Below, piece after piece: positions 15,643 to 24,289 of a DNA stretch of 33,487 nucleotides (position 1 is its first letter; every line of letters starts with the position of its first letter). A program made the position numbers and the translations under genes. The DNA is from Candidatus Stahliibacteriota bacterium (GTDB lineage: Bacteria; Hydrothermota; Tepidihabitantia; SM23-42), in assembly GCA_030613445.1 (NCBI GenBank), contig JAUWLY010000002.1:1-33487 (forward strand), read 5' to 3'. The notes beneath the pieces were generated by a model. The model saw only the letters and a list, made by a program, of their open reading frames with translations. It was not told where the DNA came from and ran no database searches.

Positions 15643-15820
15643 TTTTAGGGCTTAGCTTGTCAATTGAGATGTATGAAGATATCGGCGTTTTTCTTGCTTC
15701 TACAAGTTGCCTTCTGGCTCTTTTGGTTAACTTGCCTTCTTCGACTAAAATATGTTTAATCAATTCTATTTCTTGCTTCAAGAAAGTAATTTCCCTATGG
15801 ATCTGTTGTAAAGTTGCCAT
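15635..15820 (-). CDS. Small coiled-coil antitoxin-like protein
   Basis: 61 aa: MATLQQIHREITFLKQEIELIKHILVEEGKLTKRARRQLVEARKTPISSYISIDKL... Size, coiled-coil content, the ...ARKTP..YISIDKL ending and the 4-8 nt stop/start overlap with a toxin-like ORF fit type II antitoxin architecture. Confidence 0.45.
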   Translation of the reverse strand: MATLQQIHREITFLKQEIELIKHILVEEGKLTKRARRQLVEARKTPISSYISIDKLSPKNV

Positions 15821-15921
15821 ATTTTATGAAAACAGACATTATTTATAAATCTATTCTTTTAAAACTCGTGTGTACAAAACAGTGACATATGTAATGAACC
15901 TACACGTGATGTTTAACGTTT

Positions 15922-16725
15922 TTATGTGCAAAGATTAAAAAGAGAAACCAGCCTTAACATAATTCTTTTATCTGAAAAACTTTTTGAGAATCTTGCCGCA
16001 TTTCTTCTCGTTCTTTCCAAATCGACGCCCTCTTGATAAACTGATTTTTTTCTCCTATAATATAGAAGAGGTACAGGTGTCATGATTCTCTTAATGGAGC
16101 CAGATAAAGCCATAAACAAAAAACTGACATCACAGTATTTAATCCATAAGACAATCGATGTGTTATTGATGCCCGAACTATCATCTGGATTAGTATAGAG
16201 TATTCTCGCCTGCAATTCACTTCCTAAGTCCAGTTCACCACCATTTCCAGTTATCAGACCACTTTCCACAAGATTGAAGTAGAAGTTTGAATTCGGTTCA
16301 TTCAAAGCTTTGTTGTAAAAATCGTTATAAGCATTGGTCGTGTAATGATAACCAGGGTCCAGAGTATTATTTACCTGATATGTATCGTAAATTTCTGGCA
16401 TGCCGCCGACATGATCCTCATGTGAGTGGGTTGCTATGACGTAATCGATAGTATACCCATCCTCCATGCCCTGGTTTCTGAGATAAGGAATAACATATTC
16501 ACTGCCGCGACCTTTCTTTCCAGCATCTATTAGAATCCTGTAACCTTCACATTCACCATTTCCTTCTATAGTATCATTCGGTGTTAAAATAAAGATGCAA
16601 TCGCCGTGTCCCACGTCAATGAAATGCACTCTCAGATCAAGATCATGTCTTTCTAATATACTATCTTCGCCGTTGCAGACGATGAGGAAAAAAGCGACGA
16701 TAAGTAAGATGTATGATTTCTTCAT
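15922..16725 (-). CDS. MBL-fold metallo-hydrolase (ComEC-type lactamase_B domain) lipoprotein, C-terminus aberrant
   Basis: Signal/lipobox LIVC, FIDVGHGDCIFI and the metal motif ATHSHEDHVGG. After ...VSFLFM the expected GD...HHGS region is absent and is replaced by low-complexity basic sequence. Confidence 0.7.
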   Translation of the reverse strand: MKKSYILLIVAFFLIVCNGEDSILERHDLDLRVHFIDVGHGDCIFILTPNDTIEGNGECEGYRILIDAGKKGRGSEYVIPYLRNQGMEDGYTIDYVIATHSHEDHVGGMPEIYDTYQVNNTLDPGYHYTTNAYNDFYNKALNEPNSNFYFNLVESGLITGNGGELDLGSELQARILYTNPDDSSGINNTSIVLWIKYCDVSFLFMALSGSIKRIMTPVPLLYYRRKKSVYQEGVDLERTRRNAARFSKSFSDKRIMLRLVSLFNLCT

Positions 16726-16942
16726 TATTCCTCCCTCTCTACATATATCCTTTATCCTTCAATTAACAGAAATTACTAAAACAAAAGAAGCTATATCCAC
16801 GTTCCATTTGTTCCACATGCGCTAAGATAGAACACACAGAATTCTATTACAGAAAGATATTCGAAGTCACACCTCCTTAACCTACCAGAAACATGTGCCA
16901 GAAATTGCATGAAGAAACCGAACAAGGATGATGTTTCTGTTT

Positions 16943-17236
16943 CTAATCATTGTTGACCCGGTATTTCCTCATATAGTACTTCATGTAGTGTCTTCTCTTC
17001 TCACGGTTTCTCTTGCACCACTGTCTTTGATACTCTCTATACTTCTTTCTATTTGTGACACGCCAATCTGAAAAGTATCTTGGATGTTTTTCTATCCACA
17101 ATTTGTAGTATTCTGAATGCCGCCCCAGCCATCCCTCACGTTGTTGCTGATACTCTTCACCTGTACGATATCTTTTAAGATATATCTTTCGTCGCAATAT
17201 CTGCTCATCAGGAACTATAAGTCCTTTCTTACGCAT
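16943..17236 (-). CDS. Hypothetical highly basic Arg/Lys/Tyr/Trp-rich protein
   Basis: 97 aa with a purine-rich SD (GAGGGGAGAG) upstream. Sequence ...YREYQRQWCKRNREKRRHYMKYYMRKYR. No family recognised. Confidence 0.45.
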   Translation of the reverse strand: MRKKGLIVPDEQILRRKIYLKRYRTGEEYQQQREGWLGRHSEYYKLWIEKHPRYFSDWRVTNRKKYREYQRQWCKRNREKRRHYMKYYMRKYRVNND

Positions 17237-17439
17237 ATCTCATCTCTCCCCTCAATTACAAGTCTGTCTTATACTCTAAATCGAATTTCTATTTATCCTC
17301 CTCTTTTTTCTACAATCAAACATTTCAAACTAATTACAAAAAAACAAAAGAAGATACCTATACCTGTCAGAGGTCATGACCTCTGCAGACACACATACCT
17401 TCTCATACCTTCTCATATAATTATAAGACTAAAACGACG

Positions 17440-17718
17440 TTTGTCAAGGGTAAAGTACAATGGAGTAGCGTAAACAATAAAAAAAACTATCTATTGACGG
17501 TTGACTTACTGAAGATAAACTTGTGTACGATTGTAATGAAAATAGCAAAATTCGCTATTACTGAAAAGCTTGTGGATTCGGTCCTGACCCCGCCTCCATC
17601 TTAGAATGGGGCAAGAGGAAAAGTGGGTCATAGCAAGTGGAGTAACCATCAATAAGGGGATCGAGATCTGGATGGTTATGTTGATTTATTTAATCATTAT
17701 ATCACAAAGGAGGTTATC
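17440..17718 (+). promoter_or_regulatory. Conserved promoter + ~190-nt 5' leader, copy 2 (paralogue of 6395-6668)
   Basis: An A8 tract is followed by TTGACG (17494-17499), a 16-nt spacer and TAAACT (17516-17521). The leader has the identical 20-mer GTGGATTCGGTCCTGACCCC and TGACCC...GGGTCA pairing. It ends at the AAGGAGG SD of the Cys-rich peptide gene. Confidence 0.6.
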
Positions 17719-17916
17719 ATGATTAATGCTAAAAACTGGGGTGGTGCCAGTGGCATTAATGAGACATGGAAATGTGGTTGTGCCTGCGTATGTAACTGTA
17801 TTTGCGGTTGTGGCATTGGGGATGATCTTGATGACTGCATCGCTGAGGCCTACCAGAATGACATTAATTCTGTAGCCAATGGTACGGCGTACGACGTAAG
17901 AATATCAATTCCATAA
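17719..17916 (+). CDS. 65-aa alternating-cysteine peptide, candidate RiPP precursor
   Basis: MINAKNWGGASGINETWKCGCACVCNCICGCGIGDDLDDCIAEAYQNDINSVANGTAYDVRISIP. AAGGAGG SD lies 6 nt upstream. Seven Cys occupy every second position (residues 19-31), with an eighth at residue 40. It lies directly upstream of a SPASM rSAM gene. Confidence 0.75.
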   Translation: MINAKNWGGASGINETWKCGCACVCNCICGCGIGDDLDDCIAEAYQNDINSVANGTAYDVRISIP

Positions 17917-17925
17917 TAGTATAAC

Positions 17926-17957
17926 GTGAGCTTGGAGGCTGCGGCTTCCAAGCTCAC
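17926..17957 (+). promoter_or_regulatory. Intercistronic stem-loop between peptide gene and radical-SAM gene
   Basis: GTGAGCTTGGA (17926-17936) pairs perfectly with TCCAAGCTCAC (17947-17957). The stem extends through further pairs to a TGCG tetraloop. No T-run follows; the SD for the next gene starts at 17972. Confidence 0.55.
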
Positions 17958-18111
17958 TAGCTCACTAAATTAAGGAGGTTTAATAAACGATTCTCCATTT
18001 ATACATAGATTTAAGAGTCTTTCTGGCAAATATTACATCTATGATGTTGGTACAAGCCGCGTTGTCTGTGTATCGAAAATCATTTATGATATCATAGATG
18101 ATTTTGGGCTA

Positions 18112-19461
18112 TTGTCACAATTTGATATAATATCAAAGTACATTAGTAAATATAATAGACAGCATATTATTAAGGCATTTGAAGAGATTAAACTACATAA
18201 ATCCAAAAGATTATTTTCCCCACCAAGACTTAGAAAAATGCATCGTCCATCATTGGATGAAGAAACTAAATTAAAATTATCCTCGCAGATAGGCCATTTG
18301 TGCCTGAATATCACAGACTCATGTAATTTACGATGTAAATATTGTGCGTTCAGTGGTACATACTATTTCGAAAGATTACACTCAAGCAAGTCGATGAGTA
18401 ACAAATTGATAAAAAAGACAGTAAATTATTATCTACGCCACGCTAGGGAGGCAGAAAATAAAGTAATTTCCATATACGGTGGCGAACCATTGACAGTATT
18501 CCAAAAAATTGTGTATTTAAGTGATGTTCTTTCGAACTCCAATCCAAATAGTGACTGCACAATCAGAATTGATACCAATGGTGTATTGCTCAGTGATCCA
18601 CATATCACCAACTATGTAATCAAAAATAATATCGATTTACAAATCAGTCTTGATGGTCCTAAAAGCACACAAGACAGATATCGTGTTGACAAAAATAACA
18701 AACCAACTTATGATAAGATAATATCGAACCTGTCCAATATCAAAAAAATAAACAGGCAATATTATGATGAACATGTTTCATTTTCTATTACACTTGCTCC
18801 GGATTATAATTTGTATGAAATCAACAATTTTTTTGAAACAAATAAACTCGTTAAAGGACATCATATGCTGTGCTCCAGTGTTAGAAGACACGATACTAAT
18901 TTCTTTGACAGATATACGCCAGATATTTATGAAAAAAAGCAAAAACAAATGCAAACATTGAAAGGAAACTACATTAATGCGCGAATAGCAGGAAAGGAGC
19001 CAACTGCATTTGAGAAAGCACTATTCGAAAAAAGTATAGTTTTACTACATGCAAGAAAACTAGACGAACCGTATGATAGTATTTCAATGAATGGATGCTG
19101 TTTTCCAGGACTGAGAAAAATTTACGTTAATACAAATGGCAATATTCATCCATGTGAAAAAGTTGGTAATGCATACAATATCGGAAGTCTTGACAAGGGA
19201 TTAGAGCTGAATAAAATAGCAGATATGCTAAAACAATACGTGAGTGCATCTGAAACTCACTGTATAAAATGCTGGGGTGCAAAGATATGCGGAATATGTT
19301 TTTCCCATGCTGTCAAAAATCATAAATTTGACTTTGAACGAAAAAAAGAGAATTGTCATATGATACTTTCCGCATCGCACAACGAGTTGGTAACTTATGC
19401 AACAATATTAGAAAGTAATCCCCAAGCTTTTGATTTTGTTAAAAACATGACTTTCAAATAA
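18112..19461 (+). CDS. Radical SAM / SPASM-domain peptide-maturase-like enzyme (true N-terminus probably ~43 codons upstream)
   Basis: DSCNLRCKYC (CxxxCxxC), YGGEPL, and SPASM cysteines NGCCFPG...IHPCEK...CIKCWGAKICGIC. The track start is TTG at 18112, but the frame is open back to 17974, just after the SD AAGGAGG (17972-17978). That extension encodes a typical maturase N-terminus, ...GKYYIYDVGTSRVVCVSKIIYDII. Confidence 0.9.
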   Translation: MSQFDIISKYISKYNRQHIIKAFEEIKLHKSKRLFSPPRLRKMHRPSLDEETKLKLSSQIGHLCLNITDSCNLRCKYCAFSGTYYFERLHSSKSMSNKLIKKTVNYYLRHAREAENKVISIYGGEPLTVFQKIVYLSDVLSNSNPNSDCTIRIDTNGVLLSDPHITNYVIKNNIDLQISLDGPKSTQDRYRVDKNNKPTYDKIISNLSNIKKINRQYYDEHVSFSITLAPDYNLYEINNFFETNKLVKGHHMLCSSVRRHDTNFFDRYTPDIYEKKQKQMQTLKGNYINARIAGKEPTAFEKALFEKSIVLLHARKLDEPYDSISMNGCCFPGLRKIYVNTNGNIHPCEKVGNAYNIGSLDKGLELNKIADMLKQYVSASETHCIKCWGAKICGICFSHAVKNHKFDFERKKENCHMILSASHNELVTYATILESNPQAFDFVKNMTFK

Positions 19462-21198
19462 ATGAAAGAATATATTAAATTGTATCTTCGGTTTATAGCA
19501 ATGAGTAGACCATGGTGGAAAAATGGCATTGGTGCAATTATTATTAGCCTTTCCGTTGTTATTTTTCAACTGCCGCTGCCATTGATCAGCAGATATGCAA
19601 TTGACAATATTTTTCCCCAAAAAGACATCTCAGCATTAAACTTAATTGCCTTAGGATTCTTATTCCTCACACTATCTAGTGCCGTAGGCAACTATCTAAG
19701 TAGTATGCTGCTTTTCTTGGTCAGGTCTAAGCTAACAATTTTTATTCAACATGAATTATTTCAACATATAGAACACCTAAGCATGACTTTTCATGAAAAT
19801 ACAAAGGTTGGATATTTAGCAGCCAGATTAAGTAGTGATGTTAGTCGTTTGCGGGGCTTGATGACTGATACATTACTTGGTTTTGTACGCAATTTATTGA
19901 TTTTCATTGGCGGAGTCACAGCATTGTTCTTTTTAAATTGGAAATTAGCCTTTTTAGCAATGATTATACTACCTTTTTTTGGGTATTCAATATATTTTTT
20001 TTCAAGCAAAATTCGATGGCTGGCAACTGATCTACAGGAAAAGACAGCTCAAGTTTTCAGTATCTTCAACGAAACTCTATATTCCATCACCACAGTAAAA
20101 ACATTTTGCATTGAAGATATACAAGCAAATAAAGCACTTGATAGGCTAAATTCTGCATTTAATGCTAACCTTAATCTTACAAAAACTTCCCGGCTTTCTG
20201 GTATGACGACATCTATATTGGGTTCCTTGGGTCCATTACTTATCCTTTGGTTTGGTGGAAGAGAAATAATGGCGGGTCATTTGACTCTTGGTGGTTTTGT
20301 TGCTTTTACTGGTTATCTGGGATACCTATATAGTCCAGTTCAATCACTGGTCAATTTAAATATGTCTTTACAAACTTCGCTTGCATCGCTGAAAAGAGTG
20401 TTTAATATATTCGATACTCCCAAAGAATCTAATAAGATAGTGAACAGCGAAGATAGCTATAATATAAGAGGGAAAATCGAATTTTCAGATGTCACGTTTT
20501 CATATAATGAAAATGAACCTGTATTGAAACATATATCATTTCTCATTAATCCAGGCGAAAGAATCGCTATTGTTGGTAGATCAGGTGCGGGGAAAAGTAC
20601 AATAGCAAGGTTGCTGATCAATTTTTACAAACCACAATCAGGAAATATTTTTATCGATAGCATAAACCTGAACGCAATCTCAACGGATTTCTTAAGAAAA
20701 AATATAGGAATTGTGTTACAAAACGCAACCATTTTATCGGGAACCATTTATGATAATGTAAAGGTTGGAAACATCGATGCAACCCATGATGAAGTAATTA
20801 ATGCATTAAAGATTGCAAATCTTTATGACTTTGTACTTTCTTTACCTAATGGACTTAAGACGGAAGTTAGCGAAAGAGGTACGCGGTTGTCTGGCGGTGA
20901 AAGACAGAGACTGGCAATTGCCAGAGTTATTTTAAAAAATCCTAAAATACTAATCTTTGACGAAGCAACTTCAGAGGTAGATTCTGAATCTGAGATACTC
21001 ATTCATGAAGCAATGGTGCATTTCTTAAAGAATAAAACATCTATTTTCATTGCTCATAGATTATTCAGTTTAATGCATGCTGATCGCATAATTTTTATTG
21101 AAAATGGTATTATCAAAGGATTTGGCGATCATAATAAATTGTATAATAGTGTAATGTCATATAAAAAACTCTATGATGAGCAATTTAGGGTTGCATAG
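19462..21198 (+). CDS. ABC transporter, fused permease/ATP-binding half-transporter (MsbA/exporter type, no peptidase domain)
   Basis: N-terminal 6-TM region, Walker A GRSGAGKST, signature LSGGERQR, Walker B ILIFDEATS and H-loop IAHR. The ATG starts the nucleotide after the rSAM stop codon. The N-terminus goes straight into TM1, so there is no C39 domain. Confidence 0.9.
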   Translation: MKEYIKLYLRFIAMSRPWWKNGIGAIIISLSVVIFQLPLPLISRYAIDNIFPQKDISALNLIALGFLFLTLSSAVGNYLSSMLLFLVRSKLTIFIQHELFQHIEHLSMTFHENTKVGYLAARLSSDVSRLRGLMTDTLLGFVRNLLIFIGGVTALFFLNWKLAFLAMIILPFFGYSIYFFSSKIRWLATDLQEKTAQVFSIFNETLYSITTVKTFCIEDIQANKALDRLNSAFNANLNLTKTSRLSGMTTSILGSLGPLLILWFGGREIMAGHLTLGGFVAFTGYLGYLYSPVQSLVNLNMSLQTSLASLKRVFNIFDTPKESNKIVNSEDSYNIRGKIEFSDVTFSYNENEPVLKHISFLINPGERIAIVGRSGAGKSTIARLLINFYKPQSGNIFIDSINLNAISTDFLRKNIGIVLQNATILSGTIYDNVKVGNIDATHDEVINALKIANLYDFVLSLPNGLKTEVSERGTRLSGGERQRLAIARVILKNPKILIFDEATSEVDSESEILIHEAMVHFLKNKTSIFIAHRLFSLMHADRIIFIENGIIKGFGDHNKLYNSVMSYKKLYDEQFRVA

Positions 21199-23425
21199 TA
21201 TAACTATATTATGCACTATTGTTTTGTCCTTAAATCCACTTTTTGGACAAGATTTCTTTTCTCCAGAAATATATGCAAATCGGATATCACAACCCATCTA
21301 TGTAGATGGTTCCTTGGATGATGAAGCTTGGAATGAAGCAAGCACTATCTCAGATGATTTTCATGACTACTGGATTGAATATGGAATCGTTGCGCCTGTA
21401 AAAACAACTATACTGGTTGGTTATGATGATGAGAATCTCTATTTTGGATTTATATGTCATGAAAAAGAAATGGATAAAGTACGTTCATTGATTCCAGCAT
21501 CCATTGAGAACTATGAAATTGTTGACGATGACCAGATAAGGATTCATCTCAATACCGATATTGAGAAGACCGAATCCTATGCTTTTTGGGTAAATCCTGA
21601 TGGATTCCAGGTGTGTTTTTATAACGTGGAAGAGAAACCAGGATTGTGGGGTTATGCTGAAATTATTGATCTTATCTGGTATGCAGCAGCAAAGAAACTG
21701 GATTCATGTTGGACTGTGGAGGTCAAGATACCTTTTCAGAGTCTTAGGTTTCCTTCAAATAAGATAGAGTATTGGAGAATAAATTTCACACGTAAATACC
21801 CACGGGAATATATGAACTTTTACAATTGGGCTCCTTTGGTCAAAGGCTATTCAGCTTATACTTTTTACGGGAAATTGCATATAAATGACAAGATCGTACA
21901 GCCAAAGAAAGTGGAGTTATTGCCTTACGTAACTGGTGGTGTTTATATTGATACAACCGGTTACTCAAACAAAGATTTTACAGGCAGAGCCGGCATAAGT
22001 GGAAAATATTATTTTGACTACAACAATATCATTGATTGGACTATTATCCCCGATTTTTCGCAGATTGAATCCGATGCGCCACAAATTGATTTGAATACGA
22101 CCTTTGCTTTTTACTATCCGGAAAAACGCCCTTTTTTTCTGGAACGCAAAGCCTTTTTTGAGACACCAATTTCGGTATTTTACAGCAGGGCTTTGAATGA
22201 TCTATTATGCGGACTAAAATATACAGGCAGCATGAAGTCCTTTAGTATTGGGTATGTAGGAGCTTATGATCGAAATACGCCATGGATTGTGCCATTTGCT
22301 GAACGGAGTGCAGTTATTGGAAGTGATAAAAAAAGTTTTTCCAATATCATACGAATAAAAAAAAGGTTATCGCCCGATTCTCATTTTGGCATAATATCAG
22401 TTAATCGTAATTTGTTTAATGGAGGTCATAATCACGTCGCAGGTCTGGATGGCAATGTAGTATTCTTAACAAGTAATGCAATAAGTTTTCAGGGACTGGT
22501 TTCTTTGACAAAGGAACCTGATGATACAACTTTACTTGGCAATATTTATGATCGTTATTTTGAGAACCATACGGGCGCTTTTGATGGCGAGCAATTTGGT
22601 GGTTCTGCCTTTGTGCTCCAAGCGTCTCACAAGAGCAAAATTCTGCACTTGAATGCATATTATAAAGGATTATCGTCAGATTTTCGTTCTGATAATGGAT
22701 TCATTTATTATAACGACTGTGAGGAACGTTATATTAGCATGGGGTTAACTGCGCCATTACGGAGATATCTTATCGAATCAATAATTCTTAGTTTAGAGGC
22801 TGGAGAAAAAAGGCGATATTTTGGTGAACATATCGGCTTTGAACGTTCCGCGGCTATATCTATTAACCTCAAAAATCAAATAGCCACTCAGTTTTCCTAT
22901 TCTTTAAATGACCGGATCTATGAGATGGTTGATTTTCATAATATTTGGACAGGTGCAGTAAGTTTGTCTATAACTTCAATAAAGAACATCAATTTAGGTA
23001 TGTCAATTAATTATGGGCGTCAAGTTAGTTTTCTTGCTGATCCTTATGTTCTTGGTTACAAGTTTGCACCATTTGTCTGGAGCAGATTCTATTATGGCAG
23101 ATTATCACTGAAATGTACCTATCATCAATATATATTATGGATAAGTGATTATAATAATCAGGAATTAAATACATCAGCAATAGATTTAACATGCGCTTTC
23201 CGTTTTGCTAAAAACATATATATGCGAACCTTACTGCAGTACAATTCTACATCAAATACATGCTGCTTTTATCCATTGTTCTCTTATGAAGCTACACCTT
23301 TCACAACATTCTATCTGGGAGTGAATCAGACCCTTGAAAACAGCAATGATCTAAAAGACTTGCAAAACTATAAAAATATAAGTACGAAGATCTTCCTGAA
23401 ATTACAACATGAATTTAGACCTTGA
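21173..23425 (+). CDS. Secreted CBM9-like + DUF5916-type envelope protein
   Basis: Signal peptide ...LSLNPLFGQ. N-terminal pattern IYVDGSLDDEAWNEAS...DENLYFGF...WTVEVKIPFQSLRF is typical of family-9-like carbohydrate-binding modules that precede DUF5916. It is followed by ~500 aa rich in alternating aromatic/polar beta-strand-like segments ending ...KLQHEFRP. Overlaps the ABC gene by 26 nt. Confidence 0.7.
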   Translation: MMSNLGLHSITILCTIVLSLNPLFGQDFFSPEIYANRISQPIYVDGSLDDEAWNEASTISDDFHDYWIEYGIVAPVKTTILVGYDDENLYFGFICHEKEMDKVRSLIPASIENYEIVDDDQIRIHLNTDIEKTESYAFWVNPDGFQVCFYNVEEKPGLWGYAEIIDLIWYAAAKKLDSCWTVEVKIPFQSLRFPSNKIEYWRINFTRKYPREYMNFYNWAPLVKGYSAYTFYGKLHINDKIVQPKKVELLPYVTGGVYIDTTGYSNKDFTGRAGISGKYYFDYNNIIDWTIIPDFSQIESDAPQIDLNTTFAFYYPEKRPFFLERKAFFETPISVFYSRALNDLLCGLKYTGSMKSFSIGYVGAYDRNTPWIVPFAERSAVIGSDKKSFSNIIRIKKRLSPDSHFGIISVNRNLFNGGHNHVAGLDGNVVFLTSNAISFQGLVSLTKEPDDTTLLGNIYDRYFENHTGAFDGEQFGGSAFVLQASHKSKILHLNAYYKGLSSDFRSDNGFIYYNDCEERYISMGLTAPLRRYLIESIILSLEAGEKRRYFGEHIGFERSAAISINLKNQIATQFSYSLNDRIYEMVDFHNIWTGAVSLSITSIKNINLGMSINYGRQVSFLADPYVLGYKFAPFVWSRFYYGRLSLKCTYHQYILWISDYNNQELNTSAIDLTCAFRFAKNIYMRTLLQYNSTSNTCCFYPLFSYEATPFTTFYLGVNQTLENSNDLKDLQNYKNISTKIFLKLQHEFRP

Positions 23426-24197
23426 TATTTTGCGTCCACATTGCTGGTGCAAAACTAACATAGCTATATTGGCAAAATTACTATCACTATTGATTGTTCA
23501 AAGTTTCATTTATGCGCAAATTTATAAGGCACCTGAAATAAGGCCGGCAAGATTTCACGAAAGCATTACAATAAATGGCATTTTTGATGAAACCTCCTGG
23601 CAATCTGCAACAGTGATCGACAGTTTTTATGAAATTAATCCTGGCAATATGTGTAATCCTTCGGTAAGAACACTAGTATTATTAGGCTATGATAACAAGA
23701 TGTTATACGTTGGCTTTACCTGCTATGAAGATACTATTTCCAAAATAAAGGCTACAACAATTAAAAATAATAGAACCGAAAGAATTCTTGGCGGCACAAA
23801 TGATCTTGTTAAAATCTACATAAAACCTCGTATTAATATTAATGAAAGTTATATTCTTTATGTTAATCCTCTTGGTATCCAATACACACACTACTACAAG
23901 AAAGAGTGGCTTGAAGTGTATAAAATTAAATTAGGTTGGCACGCTGCGGTAAACATCACTGATTCATGCTGGACTGTGGAAATTGCGATTCCTTTCAAAA
24001 ATTTGCATTTATATAAATCGATTCATCAAGAGTGGCAAATCGATTTCTGGCGTATTCGTCCGCGTGAGTTCTTGTATAAGTATAGTTGTTCACCTCATCC
24101 CAATGGTGAATTTTCCATATATAGCTTCATGGGTCATATGACTATTGACGAAAAAATATATAGTTCTAAGTTATTTGGCTCCTCTTGCCTATGGTAA
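23409..24197 (+). CDS. Secreted CBM9-like domain protein (stand-alone)
   Basis: Signal peptide ...LLIVQSFIYAQ. ITINGIFDETSWQSATVIDSF...NKMLYVGF...WTVEIAIPFKNLH parallels the N-terminal module of the upstream gene. Overlaps that gene by 17 nt. Confidence 0.65.
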   Translation: MNLDLDILRPHCWCKTNIAILAKLLSLLIVQSFIYAQIYKAPEIRPARFHESITINGIFDETSWQSATVIDSFYEINPGNMCNPSVRTLVLLGYDNKMLYVGFTCYEDTISKIKATTIKNNRTERILGGTNDLVKIYIKPRININESYILYVNPLGIQYTHYYKKEWLEVYKIKLGWHAAVNITDSCWTVEIAIPFKNLHLYKSIHQEWQIDFWRIRPREFLYKYSCSPHPNGEFSIYSFMGHMTIDEKIYSSKLFGSSCLW

Positions 24198-24289
24198 AAA
24201 CTGATATTGATATCATAAAATTATAGATATGATTGGTCAAATCATAGAGGACTGTAATATAATACGTGGCTGCATCAAAAGATAATATT

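Noticed and set aside
17740-17745. Gly-Gly at residues 8-9 of the 65-aa peptide as a double-glycine leader cleavage site.
   Set aside because: A 9-residue leader is far shorter than known GG leaders, and the adjacent ABC transporter has no C39 peptidase domain.
24266-24289. GTG start at 24266 for the TPR lipoprotein.
   Set aside because: The ATG at 24290 gives a standard lipoprotein signal peptide (MTMLFIQSRLMIIVVLCMAVAGC). The 8-codon extension adds only polar residues. The difference is minor and unresolved without homologues.
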